In this document: positions 10,885 through 22,904 of the stretch, piece by piece
Position numbering within the stretch: position 1 is the first letter of the stretch
Layout: each line of letters opens with the position of its first letter
DNA from: Zygnema circumcarinatum SAG 698-1b
Taxonomy: Eukaryota; Plantae; Zygnematophyceae
Length of the DNA stretch: 64,000 bases
Reading direction: 5' to 3'
NCBI GenBank assembly: GCA_037447605.1
Contig: CM074819.1
Coordinates: 952,297-1,016,296, forward strand
Notes under the pieces: model-generated
The model's database searches: none
What the model saw: the letters and a program-made list of their open reading frames with translations, nothing else
What the model was told of the DNA's origin: nothing
Made by a program: the position numbers and the translations under genes

Positions 10885-12797
10885 TCAAGCAGAGGTGACT
10901 GGCAGCCTCCATGCTGAACCCTCGCCCCCCTGAAACTCTGCCGAGCTTGTGGCCGAGGCCGAGGCGAGTTCTATGGCGCGCGCAGTTTCGCTGTCCCGCT
11001 CTGTGGCCCGCGAGAAGCGTGCGAACCGGCAGTCGGCGTGCAGGACGCCGCTCGTACGGTAGTCGGCCGCGGCGCCGTCCAGGAACCCCTCCGCGTTGTC
11101 GCCGGGGACCATGTTCCGCTTCAAGTGGGCGTTGTACACCAAACTCTGCTTGGCCCTGCATGAGAACAAGCCATGCAACCATGTCCTAGCCATCAACAAC
11201 TTGGTCTAGACACAGCTCTTTGGGGATTCAAAGACATTGTACGTTCATGCATCGTATGTTTCTAGTTCTTAGAAGGGCCATGAGAGAGCACATGAAAACA
11301 TTCTGCAACAACAAGTTGTTCGACTTACAAGCGGTCCCTGTGGTCCAGTCGGAAAGTCTGGCCCAGAATGCCGTGGGAGCTATCCGATATATCGACCTCC
11401 GGAATATCGAAGTCGATATGCACGACCCCGTCCTCGGGCGTACGGAGCATCTCGATCTCGGGGCGCAACGTGAGCCGTACGATCAGCACATCCGCGATCT
11501 TGACCTGGTAAATATCGACCAGATCGTCGGCGCTCGGTCTCCGCGCCGCGAGCCACTTCACCTCGATTTTATCGTCGGCGAATCGGGCGACGTCGCCGGC
11601 CTGACTGAACGTCACGTCCTCGCCGTCAACCGTCACGCGTTCCATGTAGCCGTTGCCGTACTGCCACATGGAACCCCGTCGGACCTGGAGGAAAACGGAA
11701 TGGTGGCCCCATAGAATGCCCATCTCGCGGATCCATGTGAGGGACTTCGGCTTGCCGCCGGCGCCTTGCAAGTCGGCGTAGCGGCCGCCGTAGAAGACGT
11801 TGATGTGGAGGTGGGAGTCGCTGATGAGGCAGTACGAGGCGTTGGGCTCGCCTGCCACACGCAATCAACACATATACATCATCATTTTAGGAGGGAGGGA
11901 GGGAGGAACAGAGGGAGGGTGGGAGTTCAAGTTACCATTGTCTCTCCCTCGCACTCTCTAACTGTCACTCTCACTCTCTCCCCTCCCAGCTTCCCGCATT
12001 CTGGGTGTGTCTCTACCATACTCTCGACCCACTGTCCCCTGTGTTTCTTTCCATGTTTCTCTCCAAGTCTCTCTATCCCCTTTCTGTCCTAACATTGAAT
12101 CACTCTGCTTCAAATGAATTGAGAAACGTACGGACACTCAATGGTTGGAAATTCCACACACACACAGGCTCATGAATGCGCACAGACTTTCTCTCACCCT
12201 CTATCTCTCTCCCACTCTCTCTCTTCCTTCGTCGTCCATTGCAACTCACCGGAGAAGTCAAAGTAGGAGCCGTCAGCGCCTGTGTAGTGAGGGTCGCCAT
12301 TACCGCCGGGGGGCGGCTCAACAATGCAAGACTCAGGCTTCTGAGGGGGGGCATAGCACAGGGAGGAGAACTTTAGGTCTGCGGAGTTGGCGGACGTCGA
12401 CTGCACCACCTGGATGTTGGGCATGAAGCCGTTACCCTGCACCCCACTATCCGTACCATCAGAAACCCCTTACTACACGACTACAACCATCAGGATATTC
12501 GCAGACCCATTACAGAGAAACCAAAACAATGCATGAAAGGAATTTGGATAGTTTGGATTGTTGAACGCACCACACCGCTCGTTAAGCATTTGCCGTCGTT
12601 GAGCCTGCGGACATTGCAGATGCTGCAGAGGAGGTAGAGGACGCAGCCCTGTACGGAGGAGCTGGGGATTTGACCCTGGCTGTAGTCGCCTCCATAGAAA
12701 AGTGCTTTTCGGAAAGCGTCGTACACGTTTGAAGCTCCCAGCATGTTGGACATGCTCTTCAGATCCGCCTGCATTCATTGCATCCAAGGAGGGTTAA

Positions 12798-12833
<36 letters not shown>

Positions 12834-13749
12834 CAAGGTTGACATGCTAATGTAAGCTATGTTCAGGGTTAACAGTGAATTGACATGAATATCGGCATTG
12901 CAGGTGTAGGGGGTGCCTCGTAGAAGAAAAGGGAAAGCTAGAAGTGGGCATTTAATTTGAACCAATAATATGGTACATGCTGCTGTCAGCACGCACCTTG
13001 ATTCCACCATATTTGTCGGTCCGGCCCTTGAAGATTGCGGTGATGGTGTCAGTGGCGGTCTTGATGGTACACGTGGCATTGAACTGCAAGTGGCAGCCAG
13101 AGAGACATGCAGGTTCAGCACTACCAACTAAAAGCTAAAGAATATATGCGGAGTAAACAGAGTGAGCGCGAAAAGTAAAGAGAGAGAAATGTAAAGGGAC
13201 AGCGAGTGAGAGGGAGAGGAAGCGAGAGAGGGAGGGAGAGGAGGCAGAGGACGCACTGTCTTGAAGTTGAGTCCATAGTCGCCATCTGTGAAGCGTCCGT
13301 CCGCACAATTGTCGCAGTACGCGTCGCCCAAAATGCTCACTGCTTGCCCCTGCATGGATGAAACTCTCATGGGTTCAGCTATGGGGTCGCTGCATGTCTT
13401 TCACTCTCTCTTCCCCACCCTCTCTCTCGTCTCTCCGTTATGCCTCTTCCTCTCCCTCTCGCCTCTCCCTTCCCATATTATTTCACTCCTTTTCTGTCTC
13501 TCCCGACCGTGCCCCACCAACTTTGCCCAGTTCCTCTGCTCCCTGCCTCCCTCCCTCCCTCCCTCCCTCCCTCCCTCCTTCCCTCCCTTATGTTTCCTGA
13601 ATGTTCCCTGCAACGCCCTGCAGGTGTTCTCTAATTTCCGTGATACATGGCAGGCCGTGGTGGAGACTCACCATGGCTGGCCGAAGAGAGCCCGCCGCCA
13701 TCATGAGCGCGATGAGAGCGAGCACCGCTCGCGAGGAGGCGGAAGCCAT
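10885..13749 (-). CDS. Secreted protein with signal peptide, Pollen Ole e 1-like domain and C-terminal root-cap (VWD-related) domain; multi-exon
   Basis: Exon 13672-13749 MASASSRAVLALIALMMAAGSSASHG; ~13260-13360 AVSILGDAYCDNCADG (Ole e 1 signature); ~12240-12420 GDPHYTGADGSYFDFSG; ~11330-11850 YCLISDSHLHINV...TWIREMGILWG...HGILGQTFR; ~10885-11150 DGAAADYRTSGVLHADCRFARF. Confidence 0.85.
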
Positions 13750-14355
13750 GCCTGCCTGCCTGCTTTACAATTTAATCCTTTTGGTTTAATATTAATAAAT
13801 TAAGACAGAGAGAGAGAGAGGGAGGGAAAGGGAGAGGAAGTTAGGGGAGAGGGAGCGAGAGAGAGACAGAGATGGAGGAAACAGCCCGCGCTGTCGACCT
13901 CTGCGGACACCGCCGGATTTATTCGCCACCGCCGCCGTCCCTCTCGTTGGCCGTTAAGCTCGGCTTCGGTTGGTACGAACTGCCACCAACCGTACGAAAG
14001 CAAAACGACAAATACATGTACTTTCAGTTTATGTACGGTCACTTTTCACCTTCATGTCCCCGCCAGCGAACCCTTTCGTGGGTGTGACTATTTTGTCGTA
14101 TTTCCTAACTGCCAACTGGCAATGTACGAATACTTTGGACATATGCAATCTTGGCGGTTAAGCGGTTGGGCAGCTGGAACGTGCCGCGTCCGGATTGGGA
14201 CATTCCGGCCGTCCGTACGGGCACTCATATCATTGGAACCGGACCTTTCGTACGCATGTTTTTTGTCGGCATTAAAAACGACGGGCGGCGAACTGACCTG
14301 GGCGCCATGTCCCTGGGCCGCGAAATTTCCGCATGGACCTGGTGCGCGCTGTGGT

Positions 14356-14785
14356 TAGGGTTGGGGGCACGGTCCCCCTCCGACCCGTGCCCAGGGGCAC
14401 GTGCCCCCCCCCCCTTGGGGGGGGGCATGCCCCTTTTTCGTGCCCCGTGACGTGACTGCATTGAGCAATTCAAATCGGCCCCAAAAAGAATATACTATTT
14501 TAAAAACGGTACGGATGAAGGTACAGAAAGTACAGATTAATGTACTAAACGTACGGATAAAGGTACACATGTACGGGAAAATATGAAAAGTACGGACAGT
14601 ACTCAACACAACAATCGTCACCGGCCCGGGCCTGGTCGTACGAGGTAAGCGTCACGTGACAGGGGGCACGGGGGGGCACGAAATATATGGGGAAAATTTT
14701 TGGAGGCGTGCCCCGGGCACGGACGGTCAAAAATGGGGGGCATGCCCCCCCCCGGGCATGCCCGTGCCCCGTGCCCCCAACCCTA
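14356..14785 (+). mobile_element. hAT MITE family B, copy 1 (430 bp)
   Basis: TIR TAGGGTTGGGGGCACGG at both ends; 8-bp TSD GCTGTGGT (14348-14355 and 14786-14793); subterminal GGGGCACG repeats; central GTAC array. Confidence 0.93.
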
Positions 14786-15699
14786 GCTGTGGTGTCTGCA
14801 CACGGTACGGACGAGAACTATGGGCGTACGGACACCATGGGTACGGAGCCAGGTCCCTATGGGGGACCGCTCGGGTAATGAAGTGACGACACGTGGCAGA
14901 TAGGATCGTGGTAGGGACCGGAGGGGACTGTTAGGGACGTTCTATGCTTAACGCAGTTCAGCTGTGGGGGGACGGACAGGAGTGAGGGCAACGGGATGGT
15001 GTTCCATGCGCATGTTGGACATGGAGCGGTCCTTGTGACATTAGGGGAAGGTGGTGGTGTTGTTGTTGTTTGCGAGGGAGCAAAAGTCTGAGCATGAAAA
15101 AATTGTTTTCATCGAAAGTATTTATTTTTTCTTCAAATGATGAGAAAAACGTATTCAAGCGCCAGATCTCAATTCCAGATGCATGTGGAGCCAATTGTGG
15201 GGTTTTAAAACCCTAAAAAACCCTAGAACAAATAAAAAGGTTCATTTGTTTGCATCGCCATCGTGAGATTAATGCATCATCTTATGGATATGCACATGCA
15301 CAGGAACACTCCGTAGAGCCAATGTGACCCTCTCACAAATACCCATAAACCGAAAGAAAGGCTGCGAGCCGAACTCGGATTCTAGCAAGGAGACACCATC
15401 GACCATATTCCGGAAAGGAAGAGTCATTCAGTTGGCATGTATCCCTCTTCATTACTACATGGACTCGGGCAAAACGCAGAATCAATCTGATCCTTTCAGA
15501 ATTGACCAATTTTACTTCTGAAAACCCATCACTTGAAGCGCCCCTTTCCTCAAAAGAAAGGCTGTGAGCGCAAATGACTATACAGAATGGACTCGGCAAC
15601 AACCCCACATTGTACAAACGACCCGCAATTCGCATAGTGAAGCTTCATCTCTGTGAAGTTCGTCCCTCCGTTCCACCCTCTGCAGACATAGAGGACCCC

Positions 15700-18600
15700 C
15701 CCCCCCCTCCCTCTGCAGGGGGCGGCGCTGCCCCTGCCGCCCTCAGCCATTGGAAAGCAAGCTGCTCGCCTGCCGCAGCCGCTGCCTCCAACCACTCGCG
15801 AGCCAAATACTTTCTTTCCTCTCTCTCTCCCTCGGTGGTAGAGGAAGCAGGAGGGGTCGCTACAAAACCAAAGCATCCAAATAGTGAGAACAGGGGTTCT
15901 TCTGCCTGTGAAATGATGATGCTTCATGCCAACACTCTTGCTTACAATTGCTTGGTATTGGAATTTCCTGGCGAAACTGCACTTATTCATGCAAATAAGT
16001 TAATTTTCGGCAGTAATTTAAGCGCACCTTGGGCCAAAAGCGCCCCGTAAAGCGTGGCAGCGCCTGCATGACCCTGAAATTCCCGAAGATAACCTCCAAT
16101 TCAGACTGTCAGCTCTCGGAAAATTTTAGGGCTGCTATGGGCCATGCTGAGAACTGCTTGCTGCTGGCAAGAATAAGCACCCCATTGCTTTGAAAGCCCA
16201 TATAAAAGAAAGCCCACTTGTGCACTGACCTGCTGCGCCGCTGCAAGCAAGCAGCGCTCTGCCTCTGCGAAATTTCGTTGAACGATGTCTCCACTGCACA
16301 AGGAGAGCCCTAACAGGAAGAGGGCTTCTGTGTGATTCTGCCCCAAAGGAAGACACAAAGGAAGTCACTCTGTGCTTTTGTCAAGAAGGGGAATTGCATG
16401 CCATAAAGGTGCTGCCTTTATAGTTTGATCAACAGAACATGTATCTCGTTCATTCTGCATTTTGAATTATGCTGTGCACCCACCCACCTGCTCCGCAGCC
16501 TTTTTGAGATAAGCATGACTCGCCCTTTTGCTTTCTTCGTCCCCCTCGTCAGCCTGCAAGCGTAAAATGGATCATGAAACCAAACTCTCAAAGGAAGGAG
16601 AAAGTTTGGATCGGAGGGAGGGTAGAGGGAGGGTAGAGGGAGGGAGAGTGGCAGAAATTAGGGCAGAAGGAAAATATGAAACAAACCTGTTGTCGCAAGT
16701 AGCAGCAGAGGTCATACTGTGCTTCTGCGAGCCCTGCATTCGCCACGTGGCGCAGAAGAGATAGACCACTGCAACAGCCAATCCCAGGAAAGCATTGCTG
16801 CTGAAACCCATTTCAGCAAGAAGAAACAAAATTGCTGCTGTCTCCCCCTCCCCCCTCCCNNNNNNNNNNCCTCTCCCTCTCCCTCTCCCTCTCCCTCTCC
16901 CTGATGCTCACACTTCCGGCGAAAGGGCGGGCCCTTCGTGACAGAGATGGAACCGAGCCAAGGCGAGGAGAGCATCGCCATTGGTCACATCGGCGGCTAT
17001 GGCCAATTGGAGGGACTGCCGCACATCCTGCATTTTCAAGAAACGCATACTCCTACAAATTTATTTTCAGAGTTTGGCGATGTTTTCGACTGAAAGCAAG
17101 CTACCTGCACTCTGTTGGGAGGAATATCCATGCAGTAAACTAACGAGGGTGTGAAGGGCTGCTGCCATCTTCATCGGAGGGAAGGCTTGTAAGGCTCAAA
17201 CATGATGAATTTAGGCTTTTGTCAAGAAAGAAATGGCAACAGGGAAAAACATTGCAGGTAGTATTTTCTTATGACTTACTTCAAATTTGGGAAGAAGCCG
17301 AGGATCCATTGAATCTGTGTAGGCTCGCAAGCGATCAATCTCTTCCATTGCACGAACACCCTTTTCCAGTAGCCGCTTGGATTTCGCTGGTCTATTCTGT
17401 AATACAATCAGCTGCTCGGTATCATCCTGTAGCCAAGAATCAAGGGATAAACTGTTCGTTTTAGACTTGAATAACCTGAGACGGTGTTTACTGCCTCACA
17501 ATCTTACCAAGTCCAACCTTATTCTAGTCGCGATACATTGTAACACTTACAACTCAGTCATGAAACTAGTTTGCAAGATTTCTGCTCCTCCACTAGTTTT
17601 CAGAGCTTGTCCAGCTTCTCAACGGTCTAAAAAGAAAGAAAGCCTTGCAAGCTGGCAAGCATTTTCGGTCCATAAAACGCTTCTTCTGAACCGAAGCTGG
17701 TTTCTTACTGGTACTGCAAAAGCTGGGAAAACTCAGTACAAGAAACTTCAGAAGTGGATTTAACCCTCTCGGTGGTATTGAAATGGGAGACACAAGAAAT
17801 CACGTATCACTATGATTTTGCTTCCCTTCCGTCATTCTGTGTTCACGTTTTTTTGTCCTTAGATCAATGGATGGACGACATGCGTGCCATTGCATTCCTA
17901 TCAGACAGTGAGAAACTCGCCAGAAGTAAGTGGTTCAAGAGGTTCAGTTTGTAAACGTGCTAAATGATGCAGGTTTGCTTGTACACATGTACACATACAG
18001 GTTGCTTAAGCACCATATTAAGCAAACCTCAAACTGCGGTATCGCTTGCAGGGGACTCGTCTCGTAATTGAGATCAGCCGCAGCTTCTCCTCCCGCCTTC
18101 TCTTCACGGAGCCCATTAGTACTTCCAGCAGGCTGCAAGTACGAGCCAACCCTCGTCATTTCCAGATTAGCTCAATGTTACATACGTATCTCTTTGCTTT
18201 TCTCAAATTAGGGGTCTCCGCGTAAAGTTAATCACATATTCCAGATGCTTTTGTTGCTTAATGAGAGGGTTCTTGGCCCACGAGACTGTCGTAAACTATA
18301 GAAGAATTTCCATAATCTTTCTTGGTTTGCTAAAGAAATATGTGGTTTAAAGCGCAGAGCTGTTTCGAAGAGGAACGGCACCAACTCAATATACACAAAT
18401 AATGCGTAGAACGAAGTTAAACAAGAGAAACCAGCCTCAGGAATGCAGTGCTCATAAATTCTTAAACTAAAGCTGAAATGCAAACATGCAGCAATCGAAC
18501 AGAATAGAAACCTTGAATATATGGCTTTTTTAATGCATGTTGAATTCAACAAGATAGTCATGCTAAAAGCATCGATACAAACACATTTACATAAGAATGT

Positions 18601-19056
18601 ACTGCAGTACAACGAAGCATTTGCTCACCTGATAAGTGTCGAATTTGTTCTTTGTATTCTTCGATGCATGAAAATCTCTCTTTGTGAACCGAGAGCAACC
18701 TGCATCACACAAACGTTCCCTTCCTTTGTCTCTTCAAGAACCAACGAAGCTACTTTTAGGAGAACATGAATAGCTAAGTCCACACTCCGAAGACCTGAGA
18801 GCTCAACATTGGTATAGCGCAGGTGCATAATGCTTTCCCGCTGGATGCTGCAGATAATAGCCAGCCTGACGGCGTTCTAATACTTGAAATGGCTTTCAGG
18901 ACTACTTCAGGATTCTCGAGAGGCTTTCAGAGTATTGTATTTTAGGGTTAGGGTTGTTCCTGAAGAAAGAGTGATCCTGCTTGAGAGCTGCAGCAGCAGC
19001 AGCATGACTCGACTCAACTTACTCCACAGCAGCGGAAGCCGCCGGAACACCGCCAT
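15700..19056 (-). CDS. Sel1-like repeat protein, multi-exon; boundaries approximate
   Basis: Sel1-type exons LSLLRHVANAGLAEAQYDLCCYL (~16700-16770), GQNHTEALFLLGLSLCSGDIVQRNFAEAERCLLAAAQQ (~16230-16345), AREWLEAAAAAGEQLA (~15740-15810); putative first exon MAVFRRLPLLW followed by a GTAAGT donor near 19020. Confidence 0.6.
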
Positions 19057-19257
19057 CTTTCTTTTACAACAAGAACATGCTCAGATGCACGTTGGCGCCT
19101 GAATAGAAGAGCTTGGAGAGAGCGAGGGAGAGCTTGCAGGTTTTGCAGAATGGAAAGAGGGGCCGGGGGGGCAGAGGAGGTCAAGCGCTTCAGCTTTAGG
19201 GTGAATTGCTGCGGTGTTTTTAAATATTAGGGTTTCCGGTGGTGGTGTTTGGCAGCC
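19057..19257. promoter_or_regulatory. Short bidirectional promoter with telo-box
   Basis: About 200 bp between divergent ATGs (19056 on -, 19258 on +); TAGGGTTT (reverse telo-box AAACCCTA) at ~19228-19235 and a TTTAGGGT at ~19195. Confidence 0.5.
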
Positions 19258-22200
19258 ATGGCGCCATACGTTGTGCAGGATTTCTACTTCAAGGAGGCTC
19301 GTCGCCTGCGTTATGTGGCGCGCTCTGCTTTCAAGGTCCGCTGGAAAGGCTCAGACTTTTCACGTTTTGAACTTCGAAAACATTTGAAGATTGTAAAACA
19401 AAAATCTATGCTGAAACCTCCGAGCACCTGAAATGTCTACGGCGTTGAAGCCTCTGAAGCTGAAGCATTTGAGTATTTCAAAGTTGTAAGAAGGTAAGGA
19501 GGTAAGGAATTTAACCCTAAAAGCTTCATAAGTTCATGTAAATCTTGACAATTCTTTAAGTTTTCTCCTGAAGCTAATGGGACTCGCTGTCAGGTTGTCA
19601 GGTGTGTCGAGTTTGTCCGCTGATTGTCGAGGTATTGAGAAAGTCTTCTGTGGATTGTAAGAGCCGTTAAATAAGTCGCTGCCGTTCTAGCAACTCTAGA
19701 AACGCTTGCAAATATGCTTCCGCTGACTCTCTTGTACGTGTTAGCGGAGAGCGAAAAGGCGTAGACTAGTCATGTTCCGCATGCTTTTGACGTCATTTCA
19801 TATCTCGGTTCTATGGCTTATCAACCCATCGAACATCTTCATATCCAGATGATCCCAAAGCATCCAAAAAGAAAAGGTTTGGCTGTGAAAGAACGATTGT
19901 AAGCCGCTCGCTGTACAAGCTGCTTGATGCAGTTTTATTCTCCTTTCTCCCTTTGCTGCAGCTGCTGGAGGTTCAGACCCGGCACAACGTCATCCGCCGC
20001 GGCGGCCGCGTCCTCGACCTCGGATGTGCTCCCGGCGCGTGGCTGCAGGCGGGTGCCTTTTTTTTTTTTTTTTTTTTTGCATTACGCCAGTGCATCGCGC
20101 ACACATGCAACACTTGCATGTACAAAAAATTCATACGATCGTATAGTTTATGCACGTAAAGTAGGAGGAGGAGGAGTTTGTGCAAGTCCGTGATATGTTT
20201 TGTTTACAGTATTAGTTGACATGTATAACAACGCAATCTCAACTTGAAAGTAAAACTGTGGTGCTGCTCTGTGTGGGTTGACTTTATATGGAGTTGAACC
20301 GTTCAGTCACACACACATCTTGGTGGAAATATACTTTTTCAGACCAGTGAACATGAACAAGTGAATCTGTGCAGATTAACTTGGGGAATAAGTCATATTA
20401 AACCACATAGTTTGCAGATATGGAGGATTTTGTTAGTATGTAATTTCTGGGATGCCTCTTCCTACTCCCGCAGTGCTTGCATGCATTACAGAGATCATGC
20501 TCACTCTGTCCTTTTGGGCTGTTTGGCCTCAAAACTGAACTGGTACTCTGCAGGTGGCTTGCCAGGCACTTGGAGCCCCTCAACATGGAGGCCAAGTACT
20601 GGGTATTGACCTAAAGGTATTGCTTTAAAAACCTTGACAAACCCCTAAAGAATGGCCATCTTTTAACTTTTTCAGGATATCTCGGCTGATAATTAGGGTT
20701 CGTTTTGGCTTCCTTTAGTGCAATCTTACAGCAGCAGGGCTGAGCTTTACTGCTAATCATCTTCCCTGCAGGGAGATGTGACAGTTTTGCAGCAAATGAT
20801 AAAAAGCATGAAGCTCTCAAAATTAAACCGCAAACCTCCTTCAAGCTTAGCATTACTACTGACGCACTATTATCTGAGTTTTGCAACCTGTTTGGCTGAA
20901 TTTTTTACACTTTTTAACTCAGCCACTCTGTATTATGGCATTATTATAGCAGCAGTACTATAAGCTTCCCACAATGGCTGTGCAGCGAGTGGTGCGAATG
21001 AGGTGCCTGCAGGCATTGGATGGTGCTTGTACCGAGAATTAGCGCCACTACTTAAGATCGTATCTTGAATGCAGGACTGCAATGTGCCCACACACCACTG
21101 CGACTCGCGAGTGCAGACAATGCGAGCAGATGCTTTTCAAATCGGAAGCTCCACTTTGAGGAAATTGATACCACAGGTGACTACCACATTCTCTCGATAC
21201 ATTCCCTTCTAAAAATGCCAAATTTTCAATGGGTTTCTCTCGTCCTTTGTTATTATCCATCTGCTCCCCTCTGTATTAAGTCCCTTTGTTTGTTCCGTTT
21301 CCTCCACCCTTTCGTTTTCCTCGCTTCCCTCCTCGCCTCTCCTTTCCTCCCACTTTCCTTTCTTCGTCACCATCTCTAACCATACTTCTCACTTCCCTGC
21401 CCCATCGCCCTTTTACTTTTCTACTTCCACTTTCCACAATGACATTCCATTCCCCAATAAGCCTGTATCGACCTTCTTTCCCAAATGAGCCCTCCTTTCG
21501 CTGCAAGTAACCAAATGTTTGGCATTGGGACACAACACTGTTTCTGAGATACTGCCGAGCTCAACTGTGCATTGATCATTTTCACGAAAATAGTTAATAG
21601 CTGAACCCCATATCCGATAAGGTCATTGGTTCAAATCTTCCTATTCGAGGAGTTTCTGCTTTTCTTCTGCAGGGCTTCAACACTGTATTGTGTGACATGT
21701 GTCCCCCAACCTCCGGAGTTGACTCTACGGATGTGGCTCTATCCGAGTCCTTAGCCACCAGAGCGCTCGAACTGGCGGTCGGGTTTGGGAGGGATGGCAT
21801 GGCGGAGGAGAGAGAGGGAGAGAGAGAGGGAGAGGGAGAGGGAGAGGGAGATGAGAGAGATGTGGAGGATGGGGTGCTCACTGGAGGAGGTGCCTTTGTC
21901 GTCAAGCTTCTTGAAGGAGCAGGAACACAAGGTAGGTTAGTTTCTGTGTACATTACTCTTGAAGACGTACCAACTCTGTTGCAGAGGTGGAGGAAGAATG
22001 AATGTCCATATGATCAGTCTCTTTGGGGCACTTCAAAACTCCTAGTTTTTCCTCATGAATGTTGTTTGTCAATCAAAGTGTGTGCATCTTCCCACTCCCT
22101 CGACTTCTCGCTCTCCCTCTCTCTCGCCCCTCTCTCTCCCCTCCTCCCTGCTGCTGTGTATGATTAATCGTTCAGTTGGAGAGAGTGACACAGCTTTGAC

Positions 22201-22341
22201 AGCACACACGTGGGCCCTCCCTGCCTCACAGAATTCGCTGCACAATGTAAGAAACGTTTCAAGAGTGTGACGTGGGTGCGACCGAAAGCGACTCGAGCAG
22301 TGTCGAGAGAAATCTACCTTGTGGGAAAGACCAAGTTATAG
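19258..22341 (+). CDS. FtsJ/RlmE-like rRNA 2'-O-methyltransferase (resembles Arabidopsis At5g13830-type), multi-exon
   Basis: Exons QDFYFKEARRLRYVARSAFK | LLEVQ...VLDLGCAPGAWLQ | VACQALG...VLGIDLK | ...CDSRVQTMRAD | VLCDMCPPTSG...FVVKLLEG | EFAAQCKKRFKSVTWVRPKATRAVSREIYLVGKTKL*; K-D-K-E catalytic residues present. Confidence 0.9.
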
Positions 22342-22904
22342 CACTCTCAAGGTTGTTAAGGTTCTGCTTAGCTGCATACGCTTATGGAAGATGTGCTTGA
22401 ACTGAACGTGGCTACTTAAACTTCACCTGTTTGACATCTCAAAGGGCCCCTTGTCTGCAATGTGCAATGCAGGGCAAGGTGAGACCATCATGGTCCACTG
22501 GTTTCTATGAAGGGCAGCCTCGGACTATTATACTTAGAAACTATCCCATGCTGTAAAATTGAATTTTGCATTGCATTCATCGTCCCCTTCAGGCGTGAGA
22601 TGAATCTGGTTTCAATGCCTCGCTTTTCACTCTTCTCTTGTTTTATGACAGATCAGCTTTCGATTGGGTTCTGTATAAGTTTGTTAGTTTGCAATCAATC
22701 AAACGTAACTTCCAAAAATCTTGTTCTGTTGGCATGCTTGTGTAGAATTTACTTTCCGACAATCCCCCTCCAATGCCTCTCTGTCGTCTCACCCATCCAA
22801 CAGTCCACTTTCTCCCTCCATAACGTGCCCTTGGCCAACGGCCCTCCCTCCCACCCATCCGACTGCTGGAACCATTGGCAATGGCGGACTTGGTACGACG
22901 CCAA

